This document shows positions 12,349 through 25,356 of a stretch of DNA of 64,000 nt, piece by piece. The stretch comes from Tubiluchus corallicola (lineage: Eukaryota; Animalia; Priapulida): positions 124,001-188,000 of the forward strand of contig JAQGDQ010000275.1 of NCBI GenBank assembly GCA_030141605.1. The letters are read 5' to 3'. Numbering within the stretch: position 1 is the first letter of the stretch; each line of letters opens with the position of its first letter. Under the pieces are notes generated by a model. The model had not been told where the DNA came from, made no database searches, and worked only from the letters and a program-made list of their open reading frames with translations. A program made the position numbers and the translations under genes.

Positions 12349-12872
12349 GTGAGTATGTGAGCAAGTGAATATGTATGAAGTTATAAGTGTAAGTGTGTGA
12401 GCAAGTGAATATGTATGAGGTTATAAGTGTGAGTGTGTGAGCAAGTGAATATGCATGAGGTTATAAGTGTGAGGTGTGAGCAAGTGAATATGTATGAGTT
12501 ATAAGTGTGAGTGTGTGAGCAAGTGAATATGTATGAGGTTATAAGTGTGAGTGTGTGAGCAAGTGAATATGTATGAGGTTATAAGTGTGAGCGTGTGAGC
12601 AAGTGAATATGCATGAGGTTATAAGTGTGAGTGTGTGAGCAAGTGAATATGTATGAGGTTATGTGTGAGTGTGTGAGCAAGTGAATATGCATGAGGTTAT
12701 AAGTGTGAGGTGTGAGCAAGTGAATATGTATGAGGTTATAAGTGTGAGTGTGTGAGCAAGTGAATATGTATGAGGTTATAAGTGTGAGTGTGTGAGCAAG
12801 TGAATATGTATGAGGTTATAAGTGTGAGTGTGTGAGCAAGTGAATATGTATGAGGTTATAAGTGTGAGCGTG
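12349..12872 (+). repeat. 40-bp minisatellite, about 13 copies
   Basis: Unit GTGAGTGTGTGAGCAAGTGAATATGTATGAGGTTATAAGT, near-identical copies. Confidence 0.97.
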
Positions 12873-14147
12873 GCAGACATAATCGTTACCTGCCCTGCAT
12901 GTCTGTGTGATTATTGGCTTTCGCATGCCAATCCCACTTTGATAGCATCTAATTTTTGAAAATTATGCATATATTATTCTCACCAACAACTGTCATCCGT
13001 TTTCGCGTTTTTGTGCTTTCATCACTGTTTTTCTTCTTTCTTCAAATTACGTTTTTTGTGTTCATTCATGCCATTTATTAAGTTAACACAAGTTTTCTTA
13101 TAGTGTTGACTTGATGTGTCTTCATGTGCTGATGATTTATAAATTTTGTATGTTACATATTGTTCTGTATGTACATGAACACATTGGCATTGCATGTAAT
13201 AAATCTAATAATCTAACCTAATCTAAAGAGGTAAATAACGAATTCACTACAAAAAGTACTTCAAGATTAAATTGACCGTTACTTCAGCAGTATTTTGAAA
13301 CTGTTGTTGTGGTTACAGTCACGATTATAATGCAGTCAACACACTCGTCCCGCAGCGTCCTGAAATTCGTAATTAATGTCAACTCAACCTTGTTTTCATG
13401 CACGACATGCTGCCTGCTGCTATGAATGGAATATCAAGCGACATCGCGACACGCTAATTATCAAAAATGCTGGTTTTAATTAACACGGTCCACGTTAATT
13501 GGCCGCGGTGTAAGAGACAAATCCAAATGACGTGTAACAAGAAGCGATGAAAGTTCTTCTTACGGCAATTTAGAACCAATTTGACGCGATAATTTATCCG
13601 GAAGTGAGAAATAATTTATTCAGATTAGTAATGAGCGAGACACGTGAACGAGAAATTTGTTGTTGGAACCCCTTCACCCCTTCTACTTTTCTAGTTTTAG
13701 AAATTCCAGCGTTTAACTAATTCGGGCAACTCATGAGTTTTATTTTTGACAAAGAATTTTTGGTTTAAATTATTAGAAATTTGTAGATACTAATAGAGTT
13801 TGGAAACCTTGTAGAGTACTGAATAGTTTAAGTGTAGCAGCCGCAATACTTCTTGCGAAGTATCCTTTTGCTACCGTTGCTTAAATTATCGCTTAAAATG
13901 CAACACAAATAGCTTTGATTTTTTCCATCTATACATTTATTTATCTATCTACACACGTGGTATTCAAGCTGGGAAGTTTTACAACCGCCTCTAAACAATT
14001 TGTAGTAAAATTATCTAATCTATTATTGTTGTTGTGCGCTGCCCTGTTCTAAATGAGTACTGTATTAAATCAGGTTTATCTTGCTTTGCCTAGACTTTGC
14101 ATAAAAATAAATATCATCATCCAATTGATTCTATTCTATTCTATTCT

Positions 14148-14263
14148 ATTCTATTCTATTCTATTCTATTCTATTCTATTCTATTCTATTCTATTCTATT
14201 CTATTCTATTCTATTCTATTTTATTCTATTCTATTCTATTCTATTCTATTCTATTCTATTCTA
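14148..14263. repeat. (ATTCT)n microsatellite
   Basis: Direct reading. Confidence 0.98.
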
Positions 14264-15231
14264 GATCATTTAGCATTTTTGAATACAGCTGAATAATATC
14301 GATACTTCGATACTCGATTATTACCGCATTTTTGAAATTCGGTGGTCACAAAAAGTGAAAATGACAATTTTATTCAACTGCACATGCTTTATGCTTTGTT
14401 CAGGGTGTTTCAAAAGAAATGATGCTGCAGAAATATGTATGACGGCTGACAAGTTGAACTTGTACTTCTGCATTATTACGTAAAACAATATGATATTTTC
14501 CATATTGAATATGATATATTCCAATTTCCCATGATCTACTTACTTTGTGTAGTGTAATATTGTTAGGTGCACTGTTCCTTTTACAGCGGCCTGTATAAGA
14601 TCAGTACAAGATAAGTGAAATTTAACAGTTTGAGAGATAATATCTACAAACAGACGCTTACATTCTGTATGTTTCACCAAACAGAACTGAGTCAGCAAGA
14701 TAGCTGTCGAACAGCAAGTTAATAAAACTCGATTGTTTTACAACGGGGAAAATTGCAATAAATTTTCAGCAACGATTCCAGGCATTTTGACCTTCAAGGT
14801 GAAAATGATTTTGTAGAACGAAATAGAAGCACGCTTTATTGAGTATACGTCATATAATAAATATATGCAAAACAAAGTACAAAATTCAAAGTAGAGGATT
14901 ATATAGAAAATATGACTTTTGTGTACATAATTATAATAGTCTTGTATACGTATAACGGTTATAGCAGATGCCACATTAATTTTTTATCACGGGAACTGAG
15001 CTATAACTGATTGTCGACCATTAAATATAATTTCTTGTACATAATTCTTGTGGCTATATTTACAGTTAATTATCAGCTAGTGTTTGGAATTTGTAATTTT
15101 ACTTCCTGTTGCACAAACATTTTATACGTGTATTTAATCAACAAAATTTAACCAATGGTATCGTTATTATTCAGTTGTATTCTGATCTGTTTTGCACATA
15201 ATATGGGAAGACAGGGAGGTTATCCGTTAGT

Positions 15232-15365
15232 TAGAATAGAATAAAATAGAATAAAATAGAATTAAACAGAATAGAATAAAATGTAGATATAGAATAGAAT
15301 AGAATAGAATAGAATAGAATAGAATAGAATAGAATCGAATAGAATAGAATAGAATAGAATAGAAT
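15232..15365. repeat. (AGAAT)n microsatellite
   Basis: Direct reading; reverse complement of the 14148-14263 tract. Confidence 0.95.
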
Positions 15366-16159
15366 TGACTAGAATCAAAGTTGTTTTTACGAAAACATGT
15401 AAGAACATAACGTTTTTGCACTATGATACAAGTGTGTTGTAAATAAACGCAATATAAAATAAACACAGCACATTACAACGCTTCTTAAGTAAAATTAAAG
15501 CACATTATCAAAGTTTTAAGTTTAAAAGATACAACAATTACAACCTGCCTGTAAGATGTTTTACTTTAATTACACAATTTTTCGCTATGACATGGACAAT
15601 TGTGCCAGCCTTTTTAATCTCGATATTTCGATATGAGAATTTTGTTAAAGGCCGGTTCAAATGACCTTTCTGGGCTGCAAGATTGATTAAATTGTACAGC
15701 AATTCTGCTGCGGCTCTGTTTTTACACTGGCGACCGAAAGTGTGCGCAATTATAATGTAAACAGGCATTTTGTTACCCGCACTTTTCAAAATTTTACAAA
15801 GATAACAAATCAGAAGTTATAGATCGTTACGCGCTACTACAGTATAGCGCCTAGAGCATTAAATTTTGTTAATTTAATAATGATTGTCCTTTGTCTTATC
15901 TCGAGAGACAAGGAGACATTTTCGACTCTTTTTAGAACACGCACATAGTTTGCAAGGATTAGTTTTAAATGTATTTATAAAAAACAACTGTGCACAACCT
16001 TTAATGTGATTATGGATGCTTTAGTGTGGTGCTTTTTGGCTGTCTCTTAGCACAATATTGTAGAGCTGAGTAAATTAATTGAAATGTTTGTCATTAGTAA
16101 AAAGACATATTGAAATCAGTAGTAAGAAGTAGGTCATTATTGTAAATAAAAAAAAGCAA

Positions 16160-16307
16160 TGGTCTTAGTGTGAGACCTTGTGGTACACCTAGATCACGAT
16201 TTACGTCAGTGGTCTTAGTGTGGAACCTTGTGGTACACCTACATCACGGTTTACATCAGTGGTCTTAGAGTGGTACCTTGTAGAACACCTACATCACGGT
16301 TTACGTC
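16160..16307 (+). repeat. 50-bp tandem repeat, 3 copies
   Basis: Unit TGGTCTTAGTGTGGAACCTTGTGGTACACCTACATCACGGTTTACATCAG at 16160, 16210 and 16260. Confidence 0.93.
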
Positions 16308-18304
16308 CTGCTCATAACCTGCTTAGGTGAATCTCAGCTGCTGTGATAATCGGCTAATTTATCCACTCTGGCTTCTCTGCATAAACAATATGTTATCTCA
16401 AATGTCTACACACGTTCGTATCAGCCCTGCCAAATTATAGTCTGAATAACGAATATATGGCAGGGTTATCTCATCCCAGCTTCCGGTTACCTAGCAATAC
16501 AATTGTTCATCATCATCATCGTATTCCCAGAGTATGTGGTTTGTTATTATTATTATACGCTCGTACACCTGCTGTTTATTCGATAATTAAAAGAAGCGGT
16601 CACGTGCCTAACCAAATATGGAACAACTCCTTGCGGACACCCGTCGCTGGAAGAGGTCTCTCTTCTCAAACTTCCATTTTGTCGCTTGTTTTCGTATTGC
16701 TGCCACTTTTAGCGAATTTGGGAATATTTTAACAAACTTTGAAATTTCTGATGTATTGGTGACAAATTTAATATTGATAGTTTTTATTTAAGAACAGTAA
16801 GTTACGGTACTACCTTTGATTTAAACCTTTGTTGTTGTTTTTTAAACCACAGTTTAGTTCAGAATTTACCAGATGAATAGCGCAAAAACTGTAAGGTTGT
16901 TACAGTAACAAAAAATCTGGCTTTGAAAACTTCGCTTAATCTAGGATAACCCATGGCCGGCGCCATTTCATTTTCTTATTTCCAAAAAAGGTATGTAAAT
17001 CGATGCAAAAAAACCAGATCGCCGGAGCTTATAGTCTTTAGGCGGAAGTTGGAAAATTCCCGGTTGAAAAGGCGCACCGTCTACACCTGCTCAATGAACG
17101 TTTATGCAAGCGGGACTTAGGGAATTGCGTGCTTACATGTAATCATAGTGTAACTCTTTTATTCATCAAAAGTCATCGTAATTGCAGAAAACCGAGGTTA
17201 CATAGTATGTAACAGAAGCATGGTTGCTCATAGCAGAGCAGTATAAGTAATAAAGATTTTTAGGGCTGATGAATAATAACATTACCAAACAAAATTCATG
17301 CAGTTCACGATGTTGCGAGATGTGTGTCTTTGTTGCGAACTTTTTTACGGAAAACCGGACCCCAAACTATAGCTCAAAACTATCTAATTTATAAAATATT
17401 AGAAGGGAACATACTAATTTTTAAAGAATTATTGTCGCAAAATTAACTTGCCTGATTTAAGTTGAGACTAAACTGTTATAGTATTCAGTAAGACTTTTCT
17501 GTCTGTTATTCAAGTTTGATGGCCCTATATTAATACGTTTGCGAGTTTTTCATTTTTTATTTTAGTTTGCACGAACGCTCATTTAGCAAAAAATCAAAAG
17601 ATTTTGCTAAAATATAAAAATTCTTTTATCTGCAGCTTAAGTAAACACGGTTTTTACACCATGTTTCTGCTGTTCACAAAGACGCGTCTCGCTATGACGT
17701 CACACCTTCTTTGCTAGCCACTTGTTTTCTTTGATCACTCGCGATGGAACTTCCGGCGACAAGTTGCTATTGAATGTATCTCACTGTGAAACCATCTCAG
17801 TCAAACTTGCTAAGAGGATTCTTAATCACCAGAAACATGCCATTATTACTTCCGCTTTCCCCCTTTTTTCTGAGCGTCTCTCTTTCTCTCATTTGCAAGC
17901 TGCTTTAGCACGAGTATTTGATTCCGCGACGATGATCCGTCCGACTGAATCTAAACTAGAACTGATGAATAGCTTCTATAGGTGAAGAATAGCTACAACT
18001 CTGCTCTTGATTGAGTTCAACCGCTTTTAGTAAAAATAGACATGGCGTGCGAAGGATTCAAAATTTGCAGGGATCGAATATAATCCTTGCATAAAAGAGA
18101 TAAAAATTTACAAAGAGTATTCCTCAAGCTTGCACGTTGACATTAGAGATGCAGAATGTATGTTAATTATAAGGCCATATAGTTTGCTTGTTCATCTGTC
18201 TTGTTCGTGTTTCAAGCAAGCAATTCGTAAATGCGTGACGCATGCGCTTACACTTTTCCTAATAAGTTCTATGGCCATTAATTTTATTGCAGTTTACATC
18301 GCTA

Positions 18305-18633
18305 GGCCGGACTTACTAAAGTTCTTATGAACGATTTTTTTCGTAAGTTTGTGTGTACGAACTTTTTGACGCTACGCATGGATTCACTAAGCCACTCTTC
18401 GAAAAAATCTTCTCAAATTTGTTCGTAACTTTACGCAAGGATTAGAGCTTGCGTAAGTGTAATTTAGCACGTTGTGCACAGTTTAAATGGCTACGGCTGG
18501 TTGTTTTTGTGGAAGAAGAAAAGGCTAATAATAGGACTTTGCTACACAGAGAACGTATTTTTCGCAATAGATTAAAATTGGACCTTTTAAAAGAAAGTGA
18601 TAAACAAACTATAGTCCAGACTACAAGGCTTGC

Positions 18634-18705
<72 letters not shown>

Positions 18706-18900
18706 GTCTCTCTCTCACTATCCCTCTCTCTATGTTTCTGTCTCATTCTCTCTCTCTCCTCTGTCTCTCCCCCTTTCTCTCTCCCCCTCTCTCGCTCTCT
18801 CTCTGTCGCTCTGCCTGTTCATCTATCCATCCGTCTATCTATCTATCTATGCACTTGTCTACTACCTGCCTGCTTTATCTAGCTATCTGCCAACTGACTG
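18305..18900 (+). mobile_element. Harbinger-like family B, left part with (CT)n
   Basis: Starts GGCCGGACTTACTAAAGTTCTTATGAACG. Translates to HRERIFRNRLKLDLLKESDKQTIVQTTRL, reminiscent of HARBI1-type transposase N-termini, and then runs into (CT)n as in the 56.3-kb copy. Confidence 0.65.
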
Positions 18901-19546
18901 ACCAACTGGCCAAGCAACCTGCCTGCCTATTTATTCAATGTTGTGAATTGTCACGTATAAGCAACGTTTACCTACTTTTTTGTTTAAATACGTAGGGAAC
19001 AATAGTGGCATTTATATTTCTTCTTGGTCCTGGTGGCTTCAAGGCTGGCTTCATTTTATCAATTTTCTGGTTTCAAACAAACAAACTCATTAAGAAATTA
19101 TTTAAGTTAGTGGAAACTATGCTGTTTGACTTTGCTGTACAATTTCTGTATATTGTTATCGTAATTTTGTATTGTGTGTTTTGATTTTATCACGTTTGTT
19201 GGTTTTTTGGCTTCATGGAAACGGTGGAAAGGATTGGTGGAAACTATGCTTTGAGTGTTTTTAGTTTTTGAAGATTTACGAAGATTTGGTTGTGCTGCAT
19301 CATCTATAATTGTTATTGCACTTTTCAATTGTTATTTTATCACAATGTCGATTTTCTTTTTTCGAGAAAGCGATCGATAGGGGCACGAATATTATGCCTA
19401 GTCCACACGGTCCTTCAAAAGTCTGACATTCAAAACACTGAACTCTGTCTACACGATCAGTTTTCGCTGACAGTTGGTGATTAAATGCACTAACCAATGG
19501 CAGTGATACTCTGCAGAATATAGCAGAACAAACGAGTAGATTATGT

Positions 19547-20151
19547 TTAAGGGAAGACAGGATGATTTTTCATTTACTACCCCATTTTCAAGTCCGATAA
19601 AAAGTATCTATTTTAACACAATTAATACTGCAAAAGCGTTTCTGATAATTAAATAATAGATTAAAAACTTAATTAACGGTGTGCGAGCCTAACTATTGAT
19701 GACATTACAAACTAACATATTTTTAAAAATATTGCACTAGCGTCTACCACGTGTTTGCAAAAGCGAAAATTGAAGTACACTGCTGCTGTAAGCTACTCAG
19801 TGTGTTGTACTAAAACTATGCAAGTTTTAAGATAAAAATTGAAATTTTAAATTTACTGCTATGCAGTCCAGTGAGTGTAGTTCGTCACAAACGAACACAT
19901 CTGAACTGAGAGGTACAGCACCTGTTTTTTGTGTAATCCCTTTCCGAAATGCAGACACTAGTGCCCGTCTAACTAGCGAATGGCGAAATGCATGTAACAG
20001 CGAAGAACTAGTGGCGCGAACGTGAAATTGTGTTTGTATGGTAATAATCTTTCACGTAAGTCATTTTTTGACAAAAGAGTATGTTTCCTTTCAATATTTT
20101 GAAGAGATAATTTTGACCTACTGTTTAAGACTGTGTCCGGTTTTGCTTTAA
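19547..20151 (+). mobile_element. MITE family A, copy 2 (intronic)
   Basis: TTAAGGGAAGACAGG...GTCCGGTTTTGCTTTAA; colinear with copy 1. Confidence 0.88.
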
Positions 20152-20685
20152 AACGGCTCATTTTCAGTCTTTCTCATTGGTTACGGAAAAGAGTTACTAG
20201 AAAACCTACTTGCAGTGAATGTTAGCATTACAGTAATTTGTAACGATCAGGAAAGTTGGCTGCAGAAATCTTTGTAATTAATAATATTGAAAATCTTTAT
20301 AAAATCCTACGCCGATGTCCGCAATTTCAATACTTGCCTGAAAGATATGCAATCGCAGAATATCCACTTTCCTAGTGTGTTTAGAAGGAAGCTGCGATCC
20401 ATAGACATTATTGTTATTGATAAGCATAATGACTACGAAAACTTACAGCATTTCATAAAATTTCATGAGCAAAATGATAATGACAAAGCTTTATTTCTCC
20501 ACTAATAATGTTCTGTAATGGTTAGAGGAGAAAAGAACAGACTGTACAGCGGTACATGATGATCAAACGATGCCGAACATCTAAATTTTATTTAAGATCC
20601 TTTTCCACAGAATCTTTGTGGAAAAACGAATGCGTGACGCGCTTGTGATTTTTTATTCCAAACAAAAATATATTACATGCAGCGT

Positions 20686-20929
<244 letters not shown>

Positions 20930-21351
20930 CGTGTATCAAACTTCATCAAAAAAAGTCTTTGTTTCGGATGCTTGGAAATACATTCACGAGGGTTACACGT
21001 ATTCCTCGTGAGTATTCTGCCGCCAGCTAGAGGCTAAGCGTCCTCTTCATGAGGAAATTTGTAGCTTGGTAGAAATACTGCATGTTCCATTTCTGTGAGG
21101 ATTCCTCATGAATTTCACATTACAATTTAACTGCTCGATTTCTTCTTTCTTGTTTATCAAACAACAATTAACATAATTCAGCATAAAATTGTAAGTTTTT
21201 AATTACTCTTTTATCATACAGACGACTTTTTGTTTTATTAATGTAGCAGCGATGGTTATGTTGGTGCTAAAAGAAAATAAAGCACGCATATGTGTATTTT
21301 ATACACGTATATCTTAAAATTTGAAGTGGTAAAAACAAGAACAAAAACGGT

Positions 21352-22245
21352 CTAACATTACACTTACTAGCATCACACTGACTAACATTACACTGACTAA
21401 CATCACACTGACTGACATTGCACTGACTAACATCACACTGACTAACATTACACTGACTAACATAACACTGACTAACATTACACTGACTAACATCACACTG
21501 ACTAACATCACACGGACTAACCTTACACTGACTAACATCACACGGACTAACCTTACACTGACTAACATTACACTGACTAACATTACACTGACTAATATTA
21601 CACTGACTAACATCACACTGACTAACATCACACGGACTAACCTTACACTGACTAACATCACACTGACTAACATCACACGGACTAACCTTACACTGAGTAA
21701 CATTACACTGACTAACATTACACTGACTAATATTACACTGACTAACATCACACTGACTAACATCACACGGACTAACCTTACCCTGACTAACATCACACTG
21801 ACTAACATTACACTGACTAACATTACACTGACCAACATCACACTGACTAACATCACACGGACTAACCTTACACTGACTAACATTACACTGACTAACATGA
21901 CACTGACTAATATTACACTGACTAACATCACACTGACTAACATCACACGGACTAACCTTACACTGACTAACATTACACTGACTAACATTACACTGACTAA
22001 CATTACACTGACTAACATCACACTGACTAACATTACACTGACTAACATTACACTGACTAACATCACACTGACTGACATTACACTGACTAACATCACACTG
22101 ACTAACATTACACTGACTAACATCACACTGACTAACATTACACTGACTAACATCACACTGACCAACATCACACGGACTAACCTTACACTGACTAACATTA
22201 CACTGACTAACATTACACTGACTAACATTACATTGACTAACATTA
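21352..22245 (+). repeat. 15-bp minisatellite, about 59 copies
   Basis: Unit CACTGACTAACATYA with the recurrent variant CACGGACTAACCTTA. Confidence 0.98.
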
Positions 22246-23209
22246 GTATATGCAGAGTAGCAGGAGTTACATGGACGCGCATGAAAACCACGCAGTCCTC
22301 TATGTGAAATGAACTTTGTTGCTGCATGGGTTTTTCTGATTTTCTGACAGCAATTTTGTGCATCTTCAGTGTGAAATGGGCTTTACACGGTAATACTCAA
22401 ACTCTCGCTTCATCATAACACTTACGAGCAATTTGTTAGGCAACCTGTTAGAAATCTACAAAAGTTGTCAGTTTTGTAAGTTTATACTTCATTTATCAGC
22501 GCTACTAATAACCTTATCACTAAACATTTTAAGACCGTCGTTTTTTACTCAAAGCTAAATGATTTTTTTCTCCGGTTTTTGTTATTTTTAACCGTGTAAG
22601 GGTGCAATCATGTCTTGACACTCTTACATACCTTTTTACTTAAACTTTATTTACATACGTCTATAGGCCTACGAAGCACTATGCCTGTTTCTCTGCTATA
22701 ATATTTTGAAATTTAAAGCCGTCTTTTAATTGACTGGCTTTCGCTATAATTAGCAGTCTAATAATTTGCATCGTTTTATGGCTTCATTACGAAGATGTTC
22801 ATTTTAAATCAGGGGATTAACTGTAATCGCCAGTAAAGTCTCCTCATATGGCAGAGAAGCCATTTAATTTGATGATTTGTTACACTTGATAGCGCGCCAG
22901 TTACTGGCTGAAAGCAGACAACACAATTTGGCTTTGAAAAAACAGTAAAACTGTGCGCCCTCTATAGTCCATAGTGCATTATGGGAAGATAATTCACCAG
23001 TTGCTAACAATAGATTAACTGCGATTTGACAACCGAGATCGAAAAATAAAATAAAGCAGTCGTATAGATGAAAAACTGTTGGACGAATAATAAAAAAATT
23101 AATAATGGTAGCTCACAAGTTTAAAATGATTGTTATAGTTTATTATGATTACTACACTTTTTGCCCAAAGTTTACAATTCCCCACATACAAGAAGGCAGT
23201 TCATGAGAC

Positions 23210-23381
23210 GGATTAGGATTAGGGTTAGTGTTAAGGTTGCTTAGGGTTAGGTTGGTTTAGGATTAAGGTTTGGATTGGATTAGGGTTAGCATAAGGTTTG
23301 GGCTTAAGGTTATGGGGTAGGGCTAGGTTTGAGTTTAACGTTAGGTTGTGTTAGAATTAGGGTTGGCTTAGGGTTAGGGTT
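23210..23381 (+). repeat. Degenerate (TTAGGG)n-like tract
   Basis: GGATTAGGATTAGGGTTAG...TTAGGGTTAGGGTT. Confidence 0.82.
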
Positions 23382-24152
23382 CTTGTAAAGCTATTTTCTA
23401 GGCTTCACTACAAAAAAGGCCAAAAATTATAAAAAGTGATACTAAATTCATTTAGTGAACACATTAAAAATTACGCTGAAAAATGTACTATCTATTTAAA
23501 ATAAAGAAGTGTACTGTCTATAAGCTTATGAAACTCCTGAATCCATGTAAGGGACAAGCTTTAGTAGGTTCATATAAAATACGGCTGCTAGTTGTTAAAT
23601 TCTTGATTTACAGACTGAAGTGAACTCAAGTTCAAATTCTAAACTTAAGTTTCTAATATAGATAGTGTGTTTAAAAGGCGAGCATTGTGTTGATTTTTGA
23701 AGGAATTAATATTTCCTGAGTTTTTGATATTTAATAGCCAATTCGTATCCTCGTCTAGGCTTGACATTTCAAAAAAATATGTTTCTAAGTGATACTTGAT
23801 TCTACTTATATCAAAAAATGGAGTATGGATTCGCTCTGTGTCTAAATCATTACCACCACAAGTTTGTCAGAATTTCAGTTTTATACTTCTAAACTATTAC
23901 AAAACATTTTCTTTGCAAATTTTACTTCTCAGTTCTAAAATCGTTCAGCTCTGCGTCAAAAGTCTTTCAAATTTGCCCAACTTTGGCTTTTTTGCAAACT
24001 TCGCTAGGAGATCACGCAGCATTTCCTAAATGAGCGAAAATCTCTTCCACTTTTTTGTCAGCCAATCTGTCAGTTAGTCAGTCGGTCAGTGGTTTACCAT
24101 GAACTTGTCTCCACTAATTCTCTTTTGTTTGTTTTCCAGCGAAATAATTCGC

Positions 24153-24359
24153 AAGCGTTTTCAGACTAGAAAACAAAATTTGCTGCGAGTTACTCTTCGT
24201 CAGTAAGCGTTAACACTGGACAGTAACTCAACTCGTAGTAACTGTCTGAAAGTTTGCAATAACTTGCCGATAGCAACACGAAAAGCAGTTCACACTTGTG
24301 AGTTTGCTGTCGGAGAGAAAACTCGAGACAGAAAACTCGATAGTCTAAACGCGGCGTAA
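24153..24359 (+). mobile_element. Tourist/Harbinger-like MITE family C, copy 1
   Basis: GCGTTTTCAGACTAG...GAGAGAAAACTCG...AGTCTAAACGCGGCGTAA; shares TGCTGCGAGTTACTCT and AGTTTGCAAT with the copies at 57.6 and 61.9 kb. Confidence 0.7.
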
Positions 24360-25296
24360 GACCTATCCCTGATTAATCACACGTATGTGACCGGTTTGTT
24401 GATAATAATTGCACAGTTTCAAGTTGTGGGATGCTAAGGCGTAAAATGTCCGCTTAAATTTTTCCTTACAATTCTTTTTAGTGGTAAAAACATAAACAAA
24501 GATTACTATTATCTTTTATGTGATCTTTGACCATGACTTTCCTATTTTCTTAAATCGATTCTCAGACTCACCCAGGCAGAACTTTTGGACTTTTTGTTTC
24601 ATTTGAATGTAATAATTCCTGCAGTTAAGCATTCATTGTGGGAGCAAAATCAGTTGGGTGACAACTACATAGTTATGTGAATATATCAATATGCATAATA
24701 TATACCAATAAGCTATTGTGAATATGATACGTACTGTACATGTTGAAATCCAGATAAGATCGAGTAAGTTCTAAATTGCCTTCTCATTATACGTAACTGT
24801 CGTTGTGGTCATGACGCAAACTGCCGTCGCTGCTGATCGATCACGCGACCAGTCTTGTGTTGTTTGATCAGCGCCATATGGCGGCGGTGGTTTAAATTAC
24901 TTGCTATAGTTTACGGCTTGCAAACAGTCGTTTCGATGCAAAGAACAGCGGTCAGATACGAATGATTGCTTACCGATCGGACTTGTAACGACCACATAGT
25001 TCTAATAAAACGGAAGTAATTTTAGGAGTATCATGGCAACATTAGAGATGGTCAAAGAATGATCACATGAACCTGACAATGCCAGAATGAAGCCAAAAAT
25101 TGCTACACAATTATTTCTTGTACAACTCGACGTTTTGGACAATGCCGAGATTCAGCATTAAGGCTAAGTCTAGATGGCTGAGGCGGACAACTGTCCTTAA
25201 AAGGTGATTTAGTCACCTTCAGACAGATAGCTGTTCTCCATCAACCACTTATATACCCGGTGCAGCGTGGCAGCTAAATCCTGGAGATGCTGCAGT

Positions 25297-25356
25297 CCTT
25301 CTGGTGGTCTTCAATCCACTTATTAACCAGGCGTAGTGTTGCTTAATTTCGCTAAT
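25297..25356 (-). pseudogene. Degenerate 5S rRNA-derived fragment
   Basis: Minus strand reads GCGAAATTAAGCAACACTACGCCTGGTTAATAAGTGGATTGAAGACCACCAG. Confidence 0.5.

Noticed and set aside
21314-22363. 349-aa ORF of VSVML repeats (and the TLTNI ORF on +)
   Set aside because: Stop-free translation of a 15-bp minisatellite; no unique domain or splice context.
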